Assembly (NCBI GenBank): GCA_036785375.1
Contig: JAWMAR010000006.1
Location: 13,144,001-13,208,000, forward strand
Length of the DNA stretch: 64,000 nucleotides
Direction: 5' to 3'
Origin: Leucoraja ocellata
Taxonomy: Eukaryota
Under the pieces are notes generated by a model, which had not been told where the DNA came from, did not search any database, and saw only the letters and a program-made list of their open reading frames with translations. The translations under genes were made by a program, and so were the position numbers. Each line of letters opens with the position of its first letter. Position 1 is the stretch's first letter. Below are positions 43,976 through 56,040 of this stretch, piece by piece.

Positions 43976-44729
43976 AAGCATATGAATTATGAGCTTGAGT
44001 TGGCCACTCAATTTCTCAAGCCTGCTCCACTGTTTAATAAGTTTATACTGATCTGGCTTGTTTCCTGGATTATAACTGTGATTATATTTCAGAAAAAAAG
44101 CCATTCATGAAGGGCTTTTCTGAAATCAAGAAAATCAGTGTATAAATGTGTTGCTTAACTTCTTTATGGCATCAATTAGTTATATATTTTAGTGGCAGAA
44201 ACTGCTGTTCGATAGATCTAAAGGCTTTCTGATCCCAGCACCGGGACTAGCTTCATCTACCTTCCAGATGTTGCACAGATTTTACCCAGCTCAGCCAACT
44301 GTTTGCTGAAATTATTCAATTATTCTAATCTAGGGTGAAATTTACATTATCTCTTCCAAAATTCTTTATTCCAGAATGCATTCTCTCATTCAGCAGCTCT
44401 CAGGCTTTCACTTTCTCAAATTTTAAAACTCATTTTTGTGTTCAAATAGTTCCATTGTCTCTCCTGTCTTTTGTCCGTTTAACTTTATCTACCCAACCTT
44501 TCTCTGTGTTCTTTGTATATCTCCAAGTGTGGCTTTGCACAATTCTGATTGCTTCACTACATCTTTGCACTTTCACCTGCCTTGGACCGGTGGTATCAAG
44601 TATCATTTTAGAAGTTCTGCACCTCTAAACAATATAGCAGGTGAAAAACCCTTCCTGTAACCACCCCGCAGAAATGACCCACCATTGTCTCTTTAGATCA
44701 CAGTTTGTTAGTTTCACCGTAGTTGATCA

Positions 44730-45030
44730 TTAAAATTGCCACGTAATCGCTTCTATTGACACGGGCAATTTCTCCATTAAACAATATAACATTCAGCCTT
44801 TAGTAGTTTTAGCTTTCAATAACAAAAATAAATGTAGTGCTATTGAAAAGACCATCATTTTTTTAAATCCTGCATGAAAAAACGAATTTGGTTATGGCGA
44901 ATATGAAACTCTAGCCACTAACCCCCTTTCCCCCCCCCCCCCCACCATTGACATGATTTTTAAAACGCTATTTTATATAACACAAGGTTACTTAGAAACA
45001 CAACTAATGCATAATAGCAGACTACCTATA
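44730..45030 (+). mobile_element. DNA transposon right-end fragment (Kolobok-like), second copy
   Basis: Colinear with 21776-22061 (ctccattaa...cagcctttagta...taacacaag...tagcaga). Confidence 0.5.
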
Positions 45031-45117
45031 CTGTGGCTGAGTTGAAGGTGCTACGTAAAAAGTCATTGACTAGGTGTTAGTTTGAATACTGGTGCACACA
45101 CTTGCTTCCTCTTCCAG

Positions 45118-45241
45118 TTTGACCCTGTTCGCAAAGATCTGCGAGAAAACAGTGTTGAAGCGCGTTCTGAAAGAATTGTGGAAGATTGTAATGAACACAA
45201 TGGAGAAAACTATTGTCCTGCCACCTTTAACTGATCAAACG
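45118..45241 (+). CDS. unc13a: unc13a exon (~35): [41 protein letters not shown]
   Basis: ttccag| and |gtaagc, 124 nt. Confidence 0.96.
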
Positions 45242-46059
45242 GTAAGCAGCAATTTCTACATTTCAATCATTGTTTGTGACTTAGTGGGATATCGCAACAA
45301 ATTCATTCAGGGGCCAATTCAGCCAATTGCAGGATTGATCTGCAATGGCTGTGCAAGTGTTCATGTCAAATGTATTGTTAATGCTTTTTATTACATCATG
45401 ATTTAGTTGCATCATAGGAGGAAAATCTTCCACGTGGATTGGGTTGCCGACTTGATAGTTCTTAATGTATTATCTCAGTTAAGGAATTGATAAATGTAAA
45501 ATTAAAATACATTTCCAAACATTATTCTTACTTGGTAATGCCACAATTATGATGGAAAAAAACAAAAAACTGACTGTTCCTTACATTATATAGGTTCCTT
45601 AAGCAAGGCCTGAGCTGGAGAAAAAGAATGAAATCCCTTTGCTCTAGATATCTTGCTAGCTTTAAAAACTAATGGGAACAAACGTTACGTGAATCATTGT
45701 TGTAATTGCTTAATTCTTTCAGGATCTTAGGCATTTTTGCATCATTAAAATATAAAATGTTGCTACAAAAGCATTATGTGCACAGATGAATTTTACATTC
45801 TTTACCATGTAAATGTTTTTTAAAGCAGTGCAATCAAGATCCATTTGAAATAATAGATTTTAAGTAATTCAGATATTTACATCTCTGATCTTTATTGACA
45901 GTGCCTTTATTGATTTTTTTAAAAAATAATTAAGATTTGGCAATTTACCAAAGGGCCACAGAATCTAATAAGTTTTTTTAATGTTTATAAAATCAACTAA
46001 TTTAAAAAGTTGCATAAAACTAGAAAAGTAATTTAAGTATACTGGTCTGATTATCGTTT

Positions 46060-46091
46060 TCTTTAATTGTTTTGCTCTCTGATTATGGCAG
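46060..46091 (+). promoter_or_regulatory. SRRM4/nSR100-type microexon enhancer (UGC plus UC repeats in the polypyrimidine tract)
   Basis: TGC at 46073-46075, 17-19 nt upstream of the microexon, followed by TCTCT. Confidence 0.6.
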
Positions 46092-46097
46092 ATGATT
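46092..46097 (+). CDS. unc13a: unc13a 6-nt microexon (Met-Ile)
   Basis: ggcag|ATGATT|gtaagt, phase 0/0. It reproduces the 'DQT-MI' of mammalian Munc13-1 and has a TGC plus TCTCT motif upstream. Confidence 0.85.
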
Positions 46098-48117
46098 GTA
46101 AGTACAGCACTATGTGTCTGTCTGTCTGCTGTACGTTTAATAGAATTAGTCAGTAATGTGTGTGGCTGCGCTCGTTAGTGTATGCTGCCACAAGCTGGTG
46201 CACATGGCTGACTCTGGTTAATAATAACAACCTCTGCTGGGTTCCCATACCTGAAATTTCCCCTTGTTTTGTCACTTAAATGTTTGCTCTTTTGGATTTT
46301 TTTTAAATCTGTCAAAAGTGTGTTGTATGTTTACAGCTCAATTCTGGATGTGTACATCAAGGAAATGTCTATCTTTGTAAAAGCTAACTGCTTGTATTTT
46401 TTGAAATGGTATTTTGTGTATCATTTGCTACCACTATTTAATTAATAGCTGCGGTATATGTTTTAAACTGCTGGCTGATTCTTTTTCTGCAAGAGTTGCC
46501 CTGCATCTGAAATGTATCTGCAATTATGTTTTATTCATTATTTGTAATAAGAGCTGGCAACAATGAAAAATGCTGCAATCTTAATCTAAAATTGTTTTTT
46601 AAGTACAGTCGGAATATAACCGTTTACCTCTTATTTGCTTTGATCATTGAGGAGGTGCAAGATTAGGTGATAGGCACGGAACATATGCAGGTTATTTGTG
46701 ATTAAAGGATCCTTTTACAACTGATGCTCACAAACACCGAGTAATTTTGAATTTTGTAAGAAGTTACTTCAAGCAAGCACTATGGATAATAAATATAAGT
46801 TTGACAAAAAATTAAAAACAAAAAATGCATTGGAGTACAACGCTTGTGTACAGCCCAATTTGGGTAAAAATTGCAATTGTGAAATCAGATTCTCCTTGGA
46901 TATTTTCAACCATGGTTTGATAATTTTTGTTAAAGTGTGTTTTTTTGTTGTATCAGCGTATTTTTGATGATCAGCGTGGATTCAGTGGGCCAAAGGGCCT
47001 GGTTTCATGCTGTATCTCTTAACTAAACCAAATATAAATGATTTTAGGAAGAAAATCTGCAAATTAAAATGTCCTCTTACAAGCAATAGTTTTGATATTT
47101 GGTCACAATGCAAAATAATTTTATTTTTGTACATTAAATGGTGTATTCTGGTATGCATAGGATCTTTAGCAGCGCTTCTTTTGACTTTAAATAAATTAGG
47201 AAAATACTAACATTTCTGATCCAGACTGTAAGATAAATTGAGTTCTATGCGACACATAAACCAAAAGAATGTTGAGGTGCTTTGCCAGCTCCTGTTCAAC
47301 CCAATAGAAATGCATCTAAAATAGCATAATTTGAAGGATCGTAAGTAGTGGCTAAGCGCAAAGAAGAGATTTATTATTTGTTACTAATTTTCTCTAAGAA
47401 CAGCTAACTTCAGAAAATGTGCCAACATTCTATTACCTTTATTAATATTCATGGACTGAATGAAAGGATATTGCAAAATTAGCCTTAAGCATAGTCTTCC
47501 TTGAGACTAGCTGTCAGACTCGGGTGATAGAATGTTTCTAGACATGTTAATTTTGATTGAGATTAGTCCAGAGGGCTGAACCACATACCGAACATAATTT
47601 TGTCCTACTGAAACTATGGTCTGCAATTTGTAATGAATAATTACTGTGAGAAAGCAGACCTTTTCATTAAAATGGATGCAATCTGTCATTATCTATAGAG
47701 CACACGCATGCACAATTAAACGCAGATAGATAGATGTTGCAGAATGAAAGAAATAAAATGTTAGGTATTCCATCTAATTTTTAATTGAGATAATCTGAAC
47801 TTTTAATTTGTTTTCGGGGATCTGGGCAGCACAAGCCAGGTCAGCATTTATTGCTCATCCCTCTGCCATGTAGAGATGGTTAAGCCACTGCCTTGAACCA
47901 CTGCGGTCCTTCTGGTGAAGGGACATTCACTGTTCTGTTGGATAAGGAGTTCTACGATCTAGACCCAGTGATGATCACATAGCAAAAAAGGAAAGGGAGC
48001 ATCGGGAACAAAGGGAACGTCTTCCCGTACACCTGCTGCCCATTAGTGTCATTGCAGTTCATGTTCTTCTGAATTGGTGTAACTTGGATCTTATGATCAA
48101 TAACTTCCCTATGTTTA

Positions 48118-48507
48118 GAACACAAAGTGCTGGAGTAACTCAGCAGGTAGGGCAGCATCTCTGGAGGACCCCTAGAGAGGTGACATTTTGGGCTGGGACC
48201 CTTCCTCAGACCCAGGTTTGCTACCGATGTTCTCACCCAGACGTCTGTCAACTATAGTTTCTTGTTTGCACTTCCCTTTGTTTATTTGTAGTGTTAAACT
48301 GAGGCACCATAAAATTTGAGCAAAAGTGCTGGAGAAATGCAGCATGTCAAGCAGCATTTATGGAGGGAATGAACAGGCGACATTTAGGGTTGAGATCCAA
48401 ATCGGTCTGAATCTGAACCCGAAATGTCTCAAACCAAAATGTTTCCTATCCATTCCCTCCACAGATATTGCCTGACCTGCTGAGTTACTCCTGCACTTCG
48501 TGTTTTA
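48118..48507. repeat. Cluster of Penelope-associated terminal repeats, including a fold-back pair (48321-48507)
   Basis: acaaagtgctggagtaactcagcagg... units in both orientations. Confidence 0.7.
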
Positions 48508-49365
48508 CTGTAGAATAATAACAGCCATTCATTTAGGTGTTATCTCCATTGTCTATTTTTTTCTGACATGCGATATCCTGGAGATGAAATAAACAGTGTG
48601 GAAGATAGTCACGACCATCCTGAGCACACAGAGGGTTTAATACAAATTTATTCCAAAAAATACAAATGCCTTCTACAATTATGTGGTGAAAATAGATATG
48701 CTTGTGTGAGTACCCAGCAACACATTTCTCCCACAAAACATTTATTTTGTTTCCAATGTTTACACAAATTACCAGTTACCACTAAATTCACAACATGATA
48801 AAGTTGCCTTGTCAGATCACAGAATATATAGCAGGTACAATTAAACGTTCATTAACATTTTAAAGCACAGAGTCTCTTCTCAGTTCTCAATTATTTAAGT
48901 CGGCAAGCCAAAAATATATATTGCGATGTAAATGAAGATTCTCTGACAGAACAGAGGATAAATTGGTATAGATTGGCATGGAATCTAAACAACAGTGCCA
49001 TTACATTTCTGTCATCAGGCAGACATGAGCCACTCTGTCTAAAATTTGCATCTAATTGTTCTTGTGTGTTAAATGAGGATAATTTGGGCAATTGTTCATT
49101 CAAATTGTGTTTATCCATCATCCTTATCTTCCGAACTTACACTCATTCCTGGTTAAGGACTGCTAGGATTTTACATTTTGTCTTTGTTTTTTCAAACCTC
49201 TGCTAATTTCTCCACTCCTCCCTGAGACATTTATGCCTCTTCTGATTTCTAGCACAGCTCCGATTTTTAATTGTTCCATTCTGGACAGCTGTGAATTCAT
49301 GCTCTCAAGATGGCTACCCATTAATTCCTTTCCTGTCTCTCCCCGTCTCTTCACCTCTGTACTTT

Positions 49366-49720
49366 GCACCATCTGGGAAGAGGTACAGGAGCATTAGCTG
49401 CAAAACCAGCAGGATGCTCCTCAGCTTCTTCCCGCAGGCAATAAGACTGATAAACGGACTTTGCCCCCTGCCAAAGTATCGCGCACCAACCACCAACCTG
49501 GACACACTGCAGAAGAGCCACTGTCGTGCCGCTGCCGATCGGAACGCCTGTTGATGTTTAGTAGAGAGTAGAGTGTTTAATTTGTTCATGATATATGTAT
49601 ATTTATTTCTATTTATTTTTTACTGCACACTGAATGGACACTGGTTGAGCAACTTTTTTTTGTTTCCTCTGGGTATGTGAGTACTCAGGAAAATGACAAT
49701 AAAGATATACTATACTATAC
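49366..49720 (+). mobile_element. Rex1/Babar-like LINE 3' fragment
   Basis: APSGKRYRSI...SFFPQAIRLIN; gacaataaa+(TATAC)n tail; possible TACTTT TSD. Confidence 0.75.
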
Positions 49721-50752
49721 TTTTCAGATGCAATTTTGTTGAAGCTTTTGCTCACCTGCTCTAATGGGTCAGATCAGGCTAGACCAGGCCTTCTGACTGG
49801 ACCGTCTGCCTGCGGACCCATACGTCTGTTCATATACTGATTGCGAGCCCCTACATCCAGTAAACGTCCAGTGTGGCAGCAGGCTTGAAGCAGTATTATA
49901 TCTCAGACACCATGTTCAGACCCCATGCAGTTCACCAGCCGTTAAAGGCTTTTAATTATTTTTAATTACAACTAATAGAGACATTTTAATTATTAATAGT
50001 TTAAAAAAAAATTATAATGATCAAAATGTAATTAAAATATCAATACGTAATTAAAACATTTAAATCAAAATGAATAAGTAAAGCCTTTATCTGTACTTTT
50101 ATTTTGCACAGGGGCAAAATGTTGATTGCAGCCAAATAGTAGACAGTCTGATGTGCTGGCCCATGACTTTCAGCACATGCCAGAGTTCTGTATGTGACTA
50201 ACACATGTGCAGAAATTCAAAATGATGGATAATCAGCAGTTTCCTTTCCTTTGGAAATATCAGTCAGCACATTACCTCTGTGTAAGATTCTGTATCAAAT
50301 TTTAGTTACTAGTCCTTTTGTGAAGTACCTTGGGATATTTTATTATGCTAAAGATGCTATATAAATGCATGTCACTGTTCTTCAGTTGATTCATGTAGTA
50401 CGGTATTGCTACATCATGTTTTTGAGATTCTCAATACGCATATTGTTCTATTTTATTGAAGTCAACCTAAGCATAGCTTTGCCTGAATTTCCTGCCTAGT
50501 TTTATGTCTGCCAATCTTATCAGCTGCTGTTTTAAACATTTGTATTGTAAAACCTCAACTCCAGTTTGAATATAATAATACCATGTATCTTTATCAGATA
50601 TTTAAGATGGATTTCACAGCCGTTTCATGTTTTAATTTAAAATAATTCTCTCCCTATATATAAGTGGTTACTATTATGTTTTTTTTGTCAATAACATTCT
50701 GCAATAAATAGATGAGCAATGTGTGAAAAGGTAATAAATATTCTCTTTTCAG

Positions 50753-50782
50753 GGAAGGGTGAAGCTTGTCTGTCACAGCGAT
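50753..50782 (+). CDS. unc13a: unc13a 30-nt small exon: GRVKLVCHSD
   Basis: ttctcttttcag| and |gtaaga; homologous to mammalian GRVKLPSHSD. Confidence 0.88.
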
Positions 50783-50923
50783 GTAAGAAAATCATTTGGT
50801 GTTGAATGTGTCTGTGACTGTATTTTGAAAAAGTTTTGTGAAGTGCAAGATTGTTACAGCTTTTTTTAATACTATTATTTCAGCTGAGTATTGGCATTCA
50901 TTGTATATGTTTCTTTTTCAAAG

Positions 50924-50980
50924 GGAACGCAACTTATTTTCAACGCTGCAAAAGAACTCGGGCAACTTTCAAAACTAAAG
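50924..50980 (+). CDS. unc13a: unc13a exon: GTQLIFNAAKELGQLSKLK
   Basis: tcaaag| and |gtagga, 57 nt. Confidence 0.95.
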
Positions 50981-51404
50981 GTAGGAGTACAGTGCATCTT
51001 AATCAATATCTTTGCCAGTGTAACCATGGCAAGCATCCATCAGATGAAATAAACTCTAATATTTCTATTGTTCAGTGAATGTGATTCCAACCAGTACTTT
51101 AAATTATATTAAGTACAAGTGTAGTTTATCACACAATTATGTTGTAAGTCTAAACTTCCAAAGATTTAGTTGTTTTCGAGACCGAAAACTAAATGTAAGA
51201 ATGAAGTGCTTTCTTTGCAACTGCTGACTTTTCCAATATTATCCTATTAGTCTATTTTAATACACATTCTGCTAACTTGTTTTTGATCATTCAATTATAA
51301 GAATCTCCTAAAAGCTCATAGAAGGTTTTGTTGTGGTATTCGATAGAATAAGGCCCATTTGGGATCAAAGTATTATATGGGCACAGGTAGAGGACGTAAG
51401 TGAG

Positions 51405-51703
51405 GTTTAGTTTAGAGATACAGCATGGAAACGGGCCCTTTGGCCCACCATGTCCACGCTGACCACCAATCACACGTTCTATGTTATTCCACTTTCTCAT
51501 AAACTCTCAACACATTAGGGGCAATTTACAGAACCCATTTAACCTACAAACCTGCCCGTCTTTGGGAAGTGGGAGGAAACTGGAGAACCCGGAGGAAGCC
51601 TACGTGGTCACATAGAGAACATGAAAACTTCACACAGTACGCACCCGAGGTCAGATTGAACCCGGTCTCTGCCGTGTGAGGCAGCAACTCTACCTGCTGC
51701 GGC
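51405..51703 (-). mobile_element. HE1-type V-SINE
   Basis: Reverse complement of head, V-domain and (TAAAC)n tail. Confidence 0.85.
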
Positions 51704-52009
51704 ATAGTCTTAAATTAATACTTCTCATCTTTATTCATTGAGGAGAAGGACATTATAGTAAAATAATCCCTAGTGCCAGATGAGACGTATTGACCTGCTG
51801 ATAAGGGAGACAAGAGAAAGGACTGGTGAGGCCACGATAGATTTTTAGCACTTTAATAGCTGCAGATGAGGTACTTTGTGACTGGAGGGCAAGAAATGTG
51901 ATACAGTACTTTAATTCAAGTACCTTTATTCATTTTAATGTGATAGGAAAATTATTGGAAAAAATAAGGAAATAGAAAAAATTAATGAGAAATTCCATTA
52001 GTTTCATGA

Positions 52010-52183
<174 letters not shown>

Positions 52184-52529
52184 TAAACAATTTGTCCTTA
52201 TAGTTTCTATGTGTAGACGCTCTTACACTACAAGTTTTTCGAAGCAGCGCTATTCAATATAGAAATTCTACAGAGAAAAGTAAAATTAACAATGTTAGAT
52301 GTTCAGGAACATGAGATATTGGTGAAATATCTAGTATCAGATGACTGTGCATCATTACATATCATTTAGTTGGAGTGGTAAATGGATGAGATTATATTGC
52401 AGACATAATAAATTACAAATGCTGGAATCTTGAACAAAACACAAAGTGCTGGAGGAACTCAGTGGGTCAGGGCACTATTTGGGACAAGGGCATGTATTAA
52501 GATTGTGTTGCAATCTAATACATTCAGAC

Positions 52530-53064
52530 TTCAGATGTTATGGCTGTACAAACCATTGTGAGGCCACAGTTGGAGTATCATGTTCAGTTTTGGTCACCTT
52601 GCTATAGGAAAGATGTTGTTAAGCTGGAAAGAGTGCAGAGAAGATTTACGAGGATGTTGCCAGGACTTGAGGGCCTGAGCTTAAAGGGAGAGGTTGGGCA
52701 GGCTTGGACTGTATTCCTTGCAGCATAGGAGGATGAGAGGTGATCTTATAGAGGCGTTTCAGATCATGAGGGGAATAGATAGGGTCTTCTATCCAGAGTA
52801 GGGGAATCAAGAACCAGAGATTGGACGAGAAAGATTTAATAGGAATCTATTAAATGGATGGTATATGGACTAATCTGCTGGAGGAGATAGTTGAGGCAGA
52901 AACTATAATGACATTTAAAAGACATTTAGACAGCTACATGGATAGAAAAGGTCTAGGGGGATATGGGCCAAATACATGCAGGTTGGACTAGTGTAGATAG
53001 AGCACCTTGGTCAGAATAGACAAGCTGGGTGGAAGGGGCTGTTTCCAGACTGTATAACTCTATA
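52530..53064 (+). mobile_element. CR1/HER1-type LINE 3' fragment
   Basis: VRPQLEYHVQFWSPCYRKDVVKLERVQRRFTRMLPGL; its tail is shared with the V-SINEs. Confidence 0.88.
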
Positions 53065-53225
53065 CCGTAATTTCATTTTCTTGCTTGCGCATTATTAATA
53101 TTTTTTCCATATGTTTACCTAATTCACACGGTGATCTTGCAATTGACTTAACCTAGCATTGTATCTTGGAAGAAATTTTAGTTCTGATGTCTTGTGGAGC
53201 TGATTGAGAATCTCTCATGATTTAG

Positions 53226-53468
<243 letters not shown>

Positions 53469-53669
53469 TAACATATGGATATTTTCAGATTAATGTAGAT
53501 ATTGTTTTGATCTATATAACTGATTGCATAGTTGAAATCCCATTGTTTATCATTGTTCCTGTTTGAAAATCTAACAAAATTGTACTGGTGTATTCATTAC
53601 TACTTTACCAGCAAAGTGTACAAAAGTAAAGTTGAAACAAAACATATGAATAAATATGGACACATGTGA

Positions 53670-53890
53670 AATTGCAGAGGCCAGAATCTTGACTGAAACA
53701 CAAAGTGCTGCAGGATTTAAGTGAGTCAGGCAGCATCTGTAGAGGGAATTGGAACAAGCGACATTTCGGGTCAGGACCATTCTTCAGACTGATTAGAGTA
53801 GGGGGAGAAACCTGGAAAAGAGAAATGGGGCCAAAGCGTGGCAAGTGTTAAATGGATACAGGGTGGAGATGGCAGATGGGTGGAGTAAGT
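53670..53890 (-). repeat. Penelope-associated terminal repeat with hammerhead-like core
   Basis: Minus strand reads CTGAAGA-ATGGTCCTGACCC-GAAA-TGTC (53760-53787). Confidence 0.7.
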
Positions 53891-55569
53891 GTAATTCCAA
53901 CTAATGTACACCTTTATGGAAGATGAGAAAGCTTAGTTTCATTAGGAAAACCACTGGATGTCGACAGTAATAGAAAATTAAAGTTGCACGTGCTGGGAAT
54001 ATGAATAAAAATCGGAAATTGCTCAGCATGTCTGGTAACATCCGTGGAAGGAGAAACCCAGTAAGCACAATAAGCTTTTCAGTTTGTGACTACATCAAAA
54101 CTAGGAAGCTGAGAAAACACATTAGCTTTGGGTTACAGAGAGGGTCACTTGGCAGATGAGATGGGGTTGCATAATCACAGAGATTATCATTGATAGGGTG
54201 AAATCAGGAGATCCCGATGTTTAATGAACTATCTAGTGAATAAATTAATGTGCAATAAGAGAGAGACAGAAAACAAAGGGACCTATTAAAGTTCTGAAAT
54301 GCACGCCAGAACTGTTATTGAAACTGGAAATCTAAAAAGAAAATGCTGGAAATGTTGAGCATGTCCTCTGGAGTGAGGAAAACTTAGATAATGTTACCGA
54401 TTGATAATCCAAACCGGATATTTGATAGACGTGGTGCCAACATTATGATCATCGAGGTCCCAGTGTATCTAAGTCATTGTGCCCTTGAGAAGGCTGCAAT
54501 TATATTTTAGAGATTTTAAGATGCTGTCAGATTTATTTTTACACAGTATGTCAATTTCATACAATATCTATTCATCTGGATGTTCGTATCTTAATTATAC
54601 TGTGCTCATCAGTTTTTGACAAAAATCTAACTTGCTAACAACATTTTTACATCATTTGCTTGTATCTTCCTTTTGTATCCTCTACTTTATTCTAACATGT
54701 GAAATCAATAATGCCAATAGGAGAAGAATTCTTTGTCTAGGGTTGATCAAGAATCAATGGAAGCAGTGCGATCTAACATAGAAACAATTACTCCACGATG
54801 CTAGAGCAAAAATACTGCACAGATTGGAAATAGAAATAGCAAAAAGTTGCAAAATACTCAGCACATCAGACACTGATTGATTAAGAGAGAAACAAAGCAA
54901 CGTGTAAAATATATTGATTTGCAGTCATTTGCCACATAAATTGTGGATGCAAGAGCAAGAGAAAGGTTTTGTCGGGCATTGCCTGTATCTAGATCCAGCA
55001 ACACTGAATGATTTGCAATTCATTTTCCAAGTGGTGGCATTTTCACAAGGCTACTGGACTTCTACTTCAAGGCGATCATAGGTCGCTACTTTTGAAGTCT
55101 TACCAAATTGCTGTAGTGCACTTTGTAGAAAGTGCGAGCTGCAGCCTGGAGTTGCAGTGGTGGAGGAAATGAATGATTAGCAATGTTGCTTTGGTACCCT
55201 ATCTGTTGGTTGTTTGAGATGGTGCTGCACTCATTTAATCAAATTGGAAATATTCCACCGCACTTGTGCATTCATTATAGTTGATGGAATGGCTTTAGTT
55301 GTTAGTAGCAATTTGTGCCTCTGGGTACCCAGATTTTAACTTGATATATGTGCATTAGAAATATTGTTGAATGTCAGGAGAAGATGGTTAGACATGTCTA
55401 GTGCCAATGTTATTTCCCACTTTTCACCGCATGTTGAATGTTTCTAGCTGCAGGCAAGGATGATCTGAGTGCTGAAGGCATTTCAACACAGTGCAAAATC
55501 CTACTTCTGACCTTGCTTTGAAAGGACAGCATTGATAAATTAATACTGGGGAATCTGGATTTCATTGCC

Positions 55570-55765
55570 ACAGACAGTGGTCAGAGTGTTTGTTATTTTT
55601 AAAGCAGATTGATAGGTTCTTGATTAGTAAGGGGTGTCAAAGATTACAGGGAGAAGACAGGAGAATGGAATTGAGGGGGGAATATAGATCAGTCACGATT
55701 GAATGGTGGAGCAGACTCAATGAGCCGAATGGCCTAATTCTGCTCCTATGTCTTGTGAACTTATA
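55570..55765 (+). mobile_element. CR1/HER1-type LINE 3' tail
   Basis: gatagg ttcttgattagtaa...gaatggcctaattctgctcctat. Confidence 0.7.
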
Positions 55766-55871
55766 AGGTACTTGAAGGACTTGAGTAAGCTCGAGATGGT
55801 GCGGAAATGATTCACAGGAATGTTTCCTGGACCGGAGGGTTGAGTAATGAGGAGAGAATGGTTAGGCTGGA

Positions 55872-56040
55872 GATAGACACAAAATGCTGGAGAAACTCAG
55901 CGGGACAGGTGGCATCTCTGAAGGCATAGGTGATGTTTCGGGTCGAGACCCTTCTTCAGACTAGTGTCGGGGGAATGGAAAACGAGATATGTAGACAGTG
56001 ATGCAGAGAGATATAGAACAAATGAATGAAATATATGCAA
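55872..56040 (-). repeat. Penelope-associated terminal repeat, best-preserved hammerhead-like core
   Basis: Minus strand reads AGT-CTGAAGA-A-GGGTCTCGACCC-GAAA-CATC-ACC (55929-55962). Confidence 0.75.

Noticed and set aside
46337-46376. ttacag| 40-nt |gtaaaa pseudo-exon
   Set aside because: Frameshifting, weak donor, no Munc13 similarity.
48568-48798. ORF MRYPGDEINSVEDSHDHPEH...
   Set aside because: No convincing splice sites or homology.
50712-50730. ag|...GAAAAG|gtaat resembling the end of the mammalian '...LEK' exon
   Set aside because: It is 19 nt long, has a stop just upstream in the EK frame, and leaves only a 22-nt intron to the next acceptor.
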